Source: Camelus dromedarius | Taxonomy: Eukaryota | Assembly: GCF_036321535.1 (NCBI RefSeq) | Contig: NC_087436.1 | Span: 20,586,001-20,650,000 of the forward strand | Direction of reading: 5' to 3' | Length of the DNA: 64,000 nt | In this document: piece by piece, positions 38,473 through 50,012 of the stretch | Numbering within the stretch: the stretch's first letter is position 1 | How the letters are laid out: each line of letters begins with the position of its first letter | The notes under the pieces: model-generated | What the model was told of the DNA's origin: nothing | Seen by the model: the letters and a program-made list of their open reading frames with translations, nothing else | The model's database searches: none | Program-made: the position numbers and the translations under genes

Positions 38473-39422
38473 TAATGTGAACAAGCATACTGATTCTTAA
38501 TCTAAGTAGCAGAAATTGCCCGCCGTGGGAGCTCAGATGAATCCTGAGTCTTCCACAGCAGAGTGAGGTTCTGGGCTCTGTGGACAGAGCCTTTCCACAG
38601 TCTCAGCACTGGCTGAGAACCCTGCATCCTCACCCTCCCTTATTCCTGCCCCTGCCTTATCCCCTTCGACGTGAATCACATACATCAGTCCTGAATCCCA
38701 TGTGTGATTACCACCTCTTGCAAAGCTTTCGACCTTTGGCTAGTTAATTAACAATAATAATTATATCTATTAACAATACTTATATCTACTGATGGGATAG
38801 CCATGAATAAGAATCCTCAACTGTGAGACTAAAACATTAGAATTGTATGTAGATTCAGGCCAAGCGTTAGTGTATTAAAGGCTGATGTGTCAATTAGGAT
38901 TCTTTGTAAGCATCAAATTCCACGTCTGACTAATGTAAACACGTAAGATAAAAGGACACTTACTGGAAAGCTGTCTGGAGCTCACCAAACTGGTGGGGAA
39001 CCAAGTGTGGAGAAAGGAATACACAGCCATTAAGGAGCTGCCGCTGGAATGACAGAACCCCAACTATAACACCTCTTCTTGAGTCACTCCACTCAAGATT
39101 CCAAGTTTCAGGAGAGAGAGTCTGACAGTCAGAACTGATCCTATGCTGACCCATCCCTTGGCTGGCAGAGGGTGGAGGTGACTGAGGAAAGGACTGAGCA
39201 GGAAGGAGGGAGGGGCCAGCAGTAAGGGAAAGGCTGCTCTGGGATCCCTTTGACCTCTGGAGCCAGTCAGGGCACCTGAATTTACCATCCCACTTAGATG
39301 GTGGGGGAGGCGTAGTGCCCCCAGGGGACGTTAGAGCGTTGTTAGGAAGGAGGCTCCTGGACTTACCACTTAATTTTTTTCACACACACACCCTAAAATG
39401 GGAGCACGAAAACTTGCATTAG

Positions 39423-39597
39423 AGCAGTGCTTCTTCAAATTCTAATGTGTATTTGAATCACCTGAAATCTCGTTAAAATACTGATTCTGATTCATAGATC
39501 TGGGACAAACCTGAGATTTTGCATTAAACAAACATTAAACAAACTCCTGGGTGGTGCTTTTGCTGCTAACCTATGAACCACACTGTGAACAAGGCAT
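39423..39597. mobile_element. MER5A-like hAT MITE
   Basis: agcagtgcttcttcaaa..gaatcacctg..ctgagattttgcatt..accacactgtga. Confidence 0.7.
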
Positions 39598-39684
39598 TAG
39601 AAAATTATGTGTGTGAGCTATGGTTTGATGCTTATGATCATATTTCCATTTTTTAATGTTAAAGCGAATTTAAATTGTAAAATT

Positions 39685-41780
39685 TCTTTTATTGAGATCT
39701 AATTCACATGCTACAAAACTCACCCATTTAAAGCATACAGTTCAGTGGCTTATAGTATTTTCACAAGGTTGGGCAAACCTCACCACCCTCTTATTTCAGA
39801 ACCTTTTCATTATTCTGAAAAGAATCCCCATAGCCATTAGAGTCATTCACCATTTCTTCTTTCTTCAGCTCCTGGCATCCACCAAACTATCCCGTCTCTA
39901 TGGAATTGCCTGTTCTGGACATTTCTTGTAAACGAAATCATACAATAATGTTGATGAGGATATGGAGTATTGGAACCCTCAAATTTTGCTAGTGGGTGTT
40001 TAAAATGATGCAGCCTTGGTGGAAAATAGTTTGGCACATCCTCAAAATAGTTTGGCTGCCTTAACTGAGTATAAGAATGTTTTCTAGGTTCATCCATTCA
40101 CAGCAAACCTAAGACTTCATAACTTTTATGGCTGAATAATATTCCATTGTATGAAGATACCACATTTATCCTCTTGTTAATCAAAGGGCATTTTGGGTTG
40201 TTTCCATGTTTTTGGCTAATAGTGGTGCTATAAACATTGCTGTACACGTTTTTGTGTGAACATATTTTATATTTTGGGGGCATATATCTAAGAGTAGAAT
40301 TGCTGGATCACATGTTAACTCTTCATTTAACATTTTGAGGACGTGCCGAACTATTTTCCACAGAGGCTGTATCATTTTAAATACCTCACTAGCAATATTT
40401 GAAGGTTTTAGTACTCCACATCCTTATCAACATTTGCTATTATCAATCTTTTCATTATAGTCATCCTAGTGGTTGTAAAGTGGTATCTTCCGGTTTTCAT
40501 TTTCATTTCTCTAATGACTAATGATGTTGAGCATCTCTTCATGTTCCTATTGTACATTTGTATATTTTCTTTGGAGAAATATCTATTCAGATCCTTTATT
40601 CATTTTTAATGGGGTTGTCTTTTTATTGTTTAATTGTAAGAATCCTTTAAGTGTTCTGGATACTGTTTGTTGAAAAGACTATTCTTTCCCTTTTCCCCAT
40701 TGAATGGTCTTGGTACTCTTGTCTAAATCAACTGACCATAGAGTTTATTTCTGGACTCTCAATTCTATACCATTGATCTATATGTCTATCCTATGCAAGC
40801 ACCACACAGTCTTCATTACTGTAGTTCTATAGTAAGCTTGAAATTTGGAAGCATTACTCTTCCAACTTTGTTCTTTTAATGAGATTATTTTGTCTATTTT
40901 GAGTTCCTTGCATTTCCCTATGAGTTTTAGTTCAGCTTGTTAAGTTCATCAGAAGGAAAACCTTCTTTGCATTTAGTTTGCTCCTCTGAAGATGGAAGGA
41001 TAGGTAATTAATCTGAGATCTTTCTTTTTTCTTAATACAATCACTTACAGCTATAAATTTCCCTCTAACAACTATTTTAACTGCATCCATAAGTTCTGGT
41101 ATGTTGTGTTTTAGTTCATTCATCTCAAAGCATTTTCTGATTTCCCTGTGATTTCTTCTTTGAAACATTGTTTTTTTAAAGGATGTTTAATTTTCACATT
41201 TGTGAATTTTTCAAATTTTCTTATTGATTTCTTATTTCATTCTGTTGTGATCAGAGAAAAACATACTTTGTATGATTTCAATCCTTTTAAGTTTATTGAT
41301 ACTTACTTTATGTCCTAAAGTTTGATCTCACCTGGAGAACGTTTCATGTACAATTGGAAAGAATGTGCCTTGTGTACTATTGTTGGGTGGAATGTTCTGT
41401 AGATCTCTGTTAGGTGTAGTTGGCTTATAATACTCTTCAGCTCTTCTATTTACTTGTTGATCTTTTGTCTAGTTGTTCCATTTATTATTGAAAGTGGAGT
41501 TTTGAAGTCCTAAACTGTTGTTGAATTGTCTGTCTCACTTCAGTCTTGCCAGTTGTTGCTTCCTGTATTTTGGTGTGCCATTGTTAGTTGCAGTCATCTT
41601 TTAAATCAGATAGGAGGGAAAAAATGAGTTATAAACACAATTTTATTTGTTCTGTCTTTTATTCTTACCTGTGTTGTTACCTTTACTGGCACTTATTTAT
41701 TCTCATATAGACTTGCATTACTGTCTAGTGTCCTTTAATTTCACTTCAGTATATTCTCTTTAGTATTTCTTTTAGGGCAG
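39685..41780 (-). mobile_element. Old L1 (L1MB-like), 3'UTR into ORF2, containing an internal inverted duplication
   Basis: ORF 40181-40375(-) ..PLWKIVRHVLKMLNEELTCDPAILLL.. and ORF 40932-41168(-) ..LMDAVKIVVRGKFIAVSDCIKKKERSQIN.. are ORF2p-like. Confidence 0.88.
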
Positions 41781-42772
41781 GGCTCAGGTTCATTTATTGG
41801 TTTCTCATCTATTTCTTTCAGAAAGAAAACCATGTAACCACATGAGTGGCTATGAAAATCATCAGAAATGACTGGTAAATTGATAAAACAATAATTTATT
41901 TTTTTATTACAAAATATTTTGTGTTCTTTGGAGATACTGTAGGTCTTTTACTTTAAACCAGTTTTAAAAGTTCTCCTGTTCCTAAAACTGAAAAAAAATT
42001 TTTTTCTGTAAGAGCAGTGGAAAAATCCTTCCTGAATATAGCAATACTAATAATTAAATTATGAAAAGCACTTCAGTTTAAATTATGAAATACATTCTTT
42101 GTGAAATCAAATCTGGGTCTGTAAACAATGGTGTTTGTTTAAAAAACTGAACAAATAATGCAAAGTTTGGGTAAAGGCACAGACCGTAATTCTTGAATAT
42201 TTAGTGGTAGGATTATCTTTCATAACTCCTTTCAAAGTGTTTTATACATATTAATTTAAACCTCACAAGTGTGCACTGGTAGATCATTTATCCACAAGAA
42301 TTTGCCAGTGAATTTTTTATCCCAGAGATGGGAGATGGAATTGGAGATACATCTAATGGAGTCTGGAGTCATAATTTTCTTACCAGAAGCAAATATTGTT
42401 TCCCTCTAAATAGCCCTGGACTTTTTAGAAAGAACTAGTAGGCATTTTCCTAATAGCATTTGCATTTACTCATGGGCAGATTGAATCTAAAATAGCCTTG
42501 GCACATGGAGAGTGTGTTTAGTGGTCTTACGTCATAGAAACATGTTCACTTGCAGTGGGCAGTAATCACATGCTATTTCTGATCTTGTCGATCACAGACT
42601 CTCATGTTTCCTTGGCCAGTTAGGCAGAAGGCAAGTTCACTTCTTCAAGTCACTGAGGAATTGATTGCTGTCATGACACATCTGTTGCTATCACTGGGGC
42701 CAAGCATGTATTGTAGATCTTACCTGCGAATTGTACTTTGCTCAAAGCCTTTCTGGAGAGCTCCTTCTCAGC

Positions 42773-42858
42773 ATGACTCATCAGGAAGTTTTCTCAGAAA
42801 CTTAGGGGCTATCTGGGAGGTCCAGCCGCTAATGATCTACCTTCCTGTTCAGATAAGA
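42773..42858. promoter_or_regulatory. Candidate enhancer: AP-1, ETS, GAS, ETS and GATA motifs
   Basis: ATGACTCAT 42773-42781, CAGGAAGT 42782-42789, TTCTCAGAA 42791-42799, CTTCCTGT 42841-42848, AGATAAGA 42851-42858. Confidence 0.45.
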
Positions 42859-45344
42859 TATTTTCCCTTAGCCAACTAAAGAAATCCCCTTTATAAAGAG
42901 TCCTCCTGCTGAGCTTTTGCAGGATGAAGTGCCTACTTGAGTGCCCTCTACCAGGGAAATCTGGAATGGATTTGGTTTATTTCTTAGCTCTGTGGAATCC
43001 ATTTTGAAAACTGTCAACCAAAGCAGATTAACAGTGTGATTACCATAAGCTATTTTGTGGATTTCACCTATAGTTCTGAGGGCTTGAACTCAGGTCTTTC
43101 TCACTGAATGTCATGCATTTGAACAGGGAGGAATAAAATGACCCATTTTGCTGAATCTTGACACTTTATTAAAATCAGGTCTAAGGCTAACTCAGCATGA
43201 TTTTTTTCAAGGGAAGTCCTATTGATAGAGGAGTTATTTTCCCTAAGGTCTCTCCATCCACCAGGTTACCCGAGGTCTAGTTTGTTTACTTCTTCCACTA
43301 AATGGGAGGACTTTAAAGCAATGTTGCAAATGTGTCTCAGAATGTTCTCTTGGAACAGAGAACTTAAAATTGTCAACATTCGATGCAGGTCAAGGAGTTT
43401 AACTGGATTATGCCTCTGGGCTTCTATGATTACCTTGCTCTACATTCCTTCCTGCAAGGCAGTTTATTTTTCCAGGCAAACAATGCATTAAGAATGTGTT
43501 TTTCCTTTTGGCATCATGTCTCAATTGAAGAAATGATTTTAGTCACAGATCTTTGACTGAAACATCTGTGGTTTCTTGTTTTGGGGAAGTAAGAGGCGTG
43601 CACTCTGCACTTCGAAATGACGAAGGATAGAATCTTTCATTTCCATCTAAAATGGCAAAGGAGAAGGATGGAGTGTTGGTGCTGGTGGAAGAAAGTTGGA
43701 GTGTTTGAGTCTGAATAGAATGAAAATGCTTGAAAAGAAATAAAAGGAATGATATTAGGATGTGGCAAACACTATAGCTGTGAGAGAAAGTCCATTTCTT
43801 CTATGAATTCGGATCTTGTGGATTATTGGGTTCAGATTATGTTTTGCTTCAATGTTATCACTGAATAGGGAGACTATGGGGGCCCATGATTTAATATAAG
43901 TGGCATTTGGGGTAATCTTGGCTAATTGAGAAATTAGTCAAGATGCTTTAGAAATCATGTCATCAAATAGAAGTGGAAAATATTTTCCCAGCTATCTGAG
44001 AAATAAACTGGTGAAAAAAATGAAAAGGCCAAATTTCTAGAAACCCTTTGGCTTTTGTTATGGGCAGTTGCAAATAGCATCAGTCAGTCTCAGATAACGG
44101 GAGCTTGAGTTACATGAAATAAGCCTTTGGAATTAAATTGATGGGTGGTCTTCATTTTAGTTTGTTACTCTGGCACTTGGGTACCAATACTTAATATTCA
44201 GGAGTAAATCCAAAGAGAAAAATTCTTGAAATTATAACCTCCTGTTGTGTTTGGAGAAGAATCTAGTTTCAGCCAAACTCTTCATTTAACCAACGTGTTT
44301 TAACCTTCCTTAGCAGGGAATGGGTAGCGTTCCAAGTACTATTAGATGTTTACCTTCGGTTCACTTGCCGTAGAATGTGGCAGGTTTGCAGATGTGTTTT
44401 TAATACAAAGATAAGGAACCTGTTTCTCTCTTTCTCTTGCCACACAAAACCTCACAAAAGCCTATATAGTGCAGATACAGCTGTTGGGAACATTCAGGCA
44501 TAGAAACTCCCCAAACATGTCATCAGTTGTCCTCTTGGTGCTTCTACAAATGTCTGGCTTTCACAGGCAGGTGCCCTTATTTGTAAACACCTCCCATGAA
44601 GACAGCCAAAGGTGAGAGATGTGCTTTTCAGGACAAGTGATGGGTGCAGTATGGAGGAGTACATGGGTGGGACAGCCCTGAGTTGAAACCCGAGCACTTT
44701 TAATCCCTCAGGGCAGGACACCTGGAAGCTCCTCCCGCCGGGTCCCCCTAACAGCCTCTGGATTTGTCACATTCTAGGGCTTGGGGGTGGGGGGTGAGAA
44801 GTAAACAAATAGAGTGTGTATATGGAGGGAGGATGGGATGAAGGGTGTTTGGGGAGTTTAAACTCATCCAGGGAACTTCAAAATGCCTCTCATGACTGAA
44901 AACATAGCTCTCGGGGGATGGTCCTTGGATTTTCACTCTGGTGGCCCTTCTACATTATAAGGCACACCTTTGACCCACTGCCTTACCAGTGGTCGGGGGG
45001 AGGTAGAGAATGACTTGAAAAGAATGACCAGTGTGAAGTCTTCTCAGTCTACTGGGTAATCAATCCCTTTGGTGGCTTTTGAAATATTGGTTGGATCTTT
45101 CATGAGGGCGATAGATTACACATTGGTTTTTGCACTTGTAAGACACAAAACACTCTTTTCTCCTTTGTTTTGAATTTATGTTAGTACTCATCAAATCTAG
45201 GAGCTGGTGCCTGATGGTTTAAAGAAAGCATTATAATGACATGACCCTGTATGCAGTTTGTCTTAGGAAACTTAACTTAGGTACTATTAAAAAGCTTATC
45301 TTTTTCTAAGTGACGAAGCACTGCGTAAACAAGCTCATACATTG

Positions 45345-45490
45345 TAGAGGAAAGGTTCTGTAATCAGACGCATTTGGTTTAAATTTCTTTTCCAACGTCT
45401 GTTACATATACATGACCGTGGACAAGTTATTATACTTCTTTGTGCCTTAGTTTCCTATCCCTATCAATGGAGTATTACTATCTCTATTTC
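45345..45490 (+). mobile_element. MIR fragment
   Basis: tgaccgtggacaagttattatacttctttgtgccttagtttcct. Confidence 0.7.
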
Positions 45491-46834
45491 AGTGCTCTTT
45501 TGGGTGATGAGTCAACAAGGGTTAAACATGGGAGTGTTCATTCTGAAGCAAAGTGTGCCTCAGTGCAGGCTAGCTCCTCGCTTTGACAATTCGTGAAGGA
45601 ACCTGTTTTAAAACGAGGATTAACCATGAAGCAATGACTCCAAAGTGTTATCTTCTTGGTTGATTTTTAATCAGTGTAGAAAAAGTTTCCCTGGATGCAT
45701 TTGTGTTTTCCACTGTCTTCAGTCTCTCCCGGGAGAAAAGCTGGGTCCCAAAATCACTGTTAAACGACAATGTTTGGTGGTTGTGAAATTAATAGAAACA
45801 TGACCTGTGTCCTAATCAGGAAGACTTTTTTTTTTTTCTGTTCATAGAACTTTGCTCTTCCCTCATAAGTACCCATCTCTAGAGACAGAAGCATGACCTT
45901 TCTCCACCCACATGACAGCCATTTTTGAAGATATTGATGCCTGTTTGATAGAAATCTAATTTCAGGGATAATGAAATGAGAGTATTAGAGCTGGAAGAAA
46001 TTATCCCTGTTATAAAAACAGATTATTGGAGGACTGAGAGGGAGTTTGAGAACCTATCAAAGCCACACAAGTGAGTTTATGGCAGAGAAAGGATTAAAAT
46101 ACAGATTACTGGATTTTTAATCCAAAGCCCTATGTTTCAGAAAGGGTGTTTCAATGTTAAGTGTTTGTTTTTTTCCCTCAGTTGGCTGCTGTCGGTTAAC
46201 TAGAAAGAAGCAAGCCCGCATTAAGAAGGGGGACGTTTTTGTACTCGTCTTCAAATGATCCACTTCTGATTTGAAAAAGAAGAAGCAGGTGAATTCCAGT
46301 TGGAAAAAGAGGAAGGAATCAAGAATAGCCTTTCCGGCTTGGAATCCCCACAGCAGCTTCTGTTTGGGGCAAATATTGAACCTTGAGCTTATCATTTATT
46401 CTACCAATTAAAAATAAGCACATACTCACTGATTTGAGAAGCCATTAATTAATATGACTCATGGGAAATCAGAAGGTGTATTTCTTAAAACTATGTAAGG
46501 AACTATCTCTTATATGGATTTGTTTTGATTAGTGTATGAAGCTAAATCATAGTGAGATTTCTCAGACTTTACAACTGTGAATTAAAAATTAACAACCAGT
46601 CTCTGGCCAAAATCTTCTCCCTAACCTGCGTTCTGCATCTTGTTCCAAGAGCAGCACACCCTGCCAAGCATACCGGATGGCGCATCTGCAGCAAGGATTG
46701 GAAAGGAGAATTTTGCTCTGAATTTAAAGGTGTTATTTTTCCCATGGTTTGATTTGCCTGGCATTCTTTGCCTGGCATTTTTTTTTTTCCCCTCTTCCTT
46801 GCAAAGGAAGAGGGGGAGAAATGAGCGTTAGTTG

Positions 46835-46962
46835 CTGACGAAGTCAAGAGGGCGCTGAGGCTGGCTGGGTTTATTACTTTTGGCAGACGAACGGTGTGAT
46901 GTGGTTTCACTTCCTATTTGCAGAGCCTTTCTAGAAACCTGGGCTCTGTTCTCCAGTGAGTC
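46835..46962. promoter_or_regulatory. Candidate enhancer with overlapping RUNX and PU.1-IRF (EICE) motifs
   Basis: TGTGGTTT 46900-46907 overlaps GTTTCACTTCCT 46904-46915 (reverse complement AGGAAGTGAAAC). Unique sequence that retains several CpGs. Confidence 0.45.
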
Positions 46963-47048
46963 CTCCTTGTCGGCTTATATATATTAAAAAAAAAGAGAGA
47001 GAGAATAAAAATCCAAAAGGAGGAAAGGAATTTTAAAAAGCAGATTCT

Positions 47049-47167
47049 GTTATTATTATTATTACTTTAATTGACGTGTAGTTGATTTACAGTGTTAGTT
47101 TCAGGTGTGCAGCAAAGTGATTAAGTTATACATATACATACATACATATATATATTTTCAATTTCAG
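47049..47167 (-). mobile_element. Very short L1 3' tip
   Basis: ttgacgtgtagttgatttacagtgttagtttcaggtgtgcagcaaagtga. TSD aaagcagattct at 47037-47048 and 47168-47179. Confidence 0.88.
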
Positions 47168-48609
47168 AAAGCAGATTCTTAAAGAGAACAGGGGACCCCT
47201 TGGGAAAGCAGTGGCATCAGAAGGGAGGGAACAGAAGATGATCGTCCGCACGAAAAACCTGCCTTTCTTTCCAGCACAGAATTTGTAGAATTTGCAGGCA
47301 TCCAGTCTCTCTCGAAGCCGGTTGTAAATAATAATAATGACAGTAACAACAGCGTCAGTGACAAATGACAGGTGTGGGGTACGTCCCAGCTTACAAATGA
47401 CTTTTGTGCACCTTGTTGCAGTTAAACAAAGAAAGTGCGGACCACAAAACAAACTTCTTGAGACTTCGTAGTAAACCCCCCAGAGCTTGGCCCCCAACTT
47501 GAAGGGCCAGCGCAGCACAGAGAAGGCGGCAGTGGGCCTGGCCTCCAGGGGGATGGTTTTGGCTCAGCTCAGTCATTAAAGCCTTAGCTAAGGCACAAGC
47601 CCTGAGGCCTGTTTTTCTCATCTTCAAGACGATAAAATTATATTAGATGATCTCTAGGAATCCTCCCAGCACTAATACCCTAATTCTATGATCCATTTCT
47701 CTGGATGGGGAGAAATTTTCACCTTAAACAAGGCACCATTTGAATGTTGCAAGACTCACTCAGCTCTCTGAGGAAGTCCCTTACTGCAGCCAGCAGTTTA
47801 TCCAGAGGTTTACACTTGGTTTACAAAACCATTATCTTTTCAAGCGTGCAGCTAGTTAAAAAAAAAAAAAAAATTAGTGCTTTCATCGCCACCGTTTTTA
47901 TTCTGAAATGAAAAATTCTCCCTGAAAAGATTTAAATGGGGGTGTGTTCTACACAGATGGTGTAACTGCCCCACAAGTCTAACAAAAACAAGAACCCCTG
48001 ACTGGATGCTATAAGCCACCTCCTCTTGAATGTAATTCTAAGTCAGGAAGATCTTCCATCTGCGCACATCGATACTTGTTGTGCTACTTAGAAATAAGTT
48101 TCTACACAGCCAGGCTAGTACAGGGCAATGAAGAGTGTGTGTGCAGACCAGGAAAGGGAAGGACAAAGTAGCTGTGTTTCAGCAGTGATCTGGGATGTGA
48201 GTGTGTATGTGTGTGAACTGGGGAAGGTGCCAATGATGAGAGAATGAGTGTTGTAGATTCAGAGAGTGAAAGAAATAAAATGATAGAAATCTCGCTTCTT
48301 TCACTTGGGACATACGATTCTTCTGCTCAATTGTTTCTTTTACATACACCTTAAAAGGAGTTCTTAAAACCAGTGAGAGCAAACTCACTGTAGTATGAGT
48401 GACAGAAGGGAAAATTTAATGAGAATATTGTCTTTAGTAGAATCTCAGTTCCTGGGTTTTGGGTTTCTAGATATATTTCTCCTTAGTTTCGAGAAAAATG
48501 TGTAACTTTGCCTTGGGAGCTGTATCTTTTCCATGCCTACTATGTTCTTTTTCAAAAGTAGCTTTTTATTATTCACCTTAAGGATTCTGTTTCATAAGCA
48601 AACGTCTTT

Positions 48610-48870
48610 CAAGTAAACTTTTCTATTTTGGAATAGTTTTAGAATTATAGAGAAGTTGCTTAGATAGTACAAAGAGTTCCTAAACACTCCTCGCCCTGTT
48701 TCCCTGGCGTTAATGTCTACATTGCCACAGCACATTAGACAAAATGAAGAAATCGGTATTGGCATATTGCTGTGAACTAAACTCCAGGCTGTACAGATTT
48801 CACCTGTTTTTCCACTCATGTTCTTTTTCTGTTTCAGAATCCATTCCAGAATCCCACACGGCATTTAGCC
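48610..48870 (-). mobile_element. L1MC/MD-type 3' end
   Basis: ttttggaatagttttagaattatagagaagttgc..atagtacaaagagttcc..ttctgtttcagaatccattccagaatcccacacggcatttag. Confidence 0.75.
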
Positions 48871-49570
48871 CATTTACAGGCAAACAGAAGGGTCTGGGGG
48901 GAGACTGACTCTGCCTTTAAGAGGTACTGCCTTTTATCTGGATTTTCTCTGCTGTTCTAGAGGTGGTGTTCCACAGTGATTAGCTTGACTGCACTTTTTT
49001 GACCAAGCACTGATTGCCCCCAAGGTGACTTTGGGCTAGTCCTCTTTGATGGTGCCATTTGCAAATCTCTATCCCAGCACTCATCAGGCTGTACTGCAAT
49101 CTCACTCACAGACAACGGGAGTTGTTTAGCATCAAAGCTACCTGTGGGGCTGAGAAGAAATGCTGCACATTCAGGCAATGCAGTTTGTGGCTTTGGTGGC
49201 ACTGAATAAAAGAATCTTGAGCCTTTGCCTATGGCTAGACCCGAAAACTATAAGCTCCATGAAGCGAGGGATTGTTTCTGTTTTGGTTACTACGGGCTTT
49301 CCATGTCCACCTGGTGCCTGAACCAAAGTAGGCGCTTAATAAATATTTGCTGAATGAACAAATGCTTGAAAAGGTGAGAAGCTGCAGGGCTGTAGGAACA
49401 CCAGCAGAGACAGGGAACACCACAGTTGGCAAAGGAAGGGCATTTGGCCCTCTCGGTCCCCACCCAGGCGGCCTTGGCAGTGAGGAGGAAGGAATCCTTC
49501 CCAGTGGGGGGCAGCTCCGAGTTCTTCAGCTGTTCTGGGTTGGAAGGTTCACTTCACTACATCACACCTG

Positions 49571-50012
49571 GCTGTATTTCAAAGATTAATGAACAGCGTC
49601 TTGTCAGGTTTAATATATTGCACTTGGGGAGTTTACTTTGACGATGTAATCATAAATTCCCTGAGCTGCGAATTACACCTTAAGGACTTAGATGAAGTTC
49701 TAGTGAGAACCAAAGAAACAGGAATCACCGTAAAATGTAAAAAGTGCCAGTTTTGAGAGAAAACTGTAAATTTTCTAGGACATTAGGTTTCAAAAGAAGG
49801 ATTACACACAGACTAAACAAAGTAGAAGTCATAAAAATTTAAAGACACCACAAAACATAACAAAAATAAGATCGTTTTTAGTTATGACAGAATTCTAAAA
49901 GGAAACTTACACCAAATTATGCCACCCAAGCAGAGCCATTAATTAACCTAATGAGAAAATATGTTCCATTTCCATGGCCAAAGCATGTCAGGAAGGCTTT
50001 GACATTTTAAAA
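49571..50012 (+). mobile_element. Fossil Ty3/Gypsy pol fragment (RT core plus connection), non-coding
   Basis: Manual translation from 49571: AVFQRLMNSVLSGLIYCTWGVYFDDVIINSLSCELHLKDLDEVLVRTKETGITVKCKKCQF*EKTVNFLGH*VSKEG. After frameshifts: KVEVIK / KTPQNITKIRSFLVMTEF* / PNYATQAEPLINLMRKYVPFPW / ACQEGFDILK. YFDD is at 49634-49645. Confidence 0.9.

Noticed and set aside
49589..49756. Gypsy RT segment as an intact domesticated CDS
   Set aside because: In-frame stops (the first at 49754) and several frameshifts. The N-terminal RT motifs are not visible.
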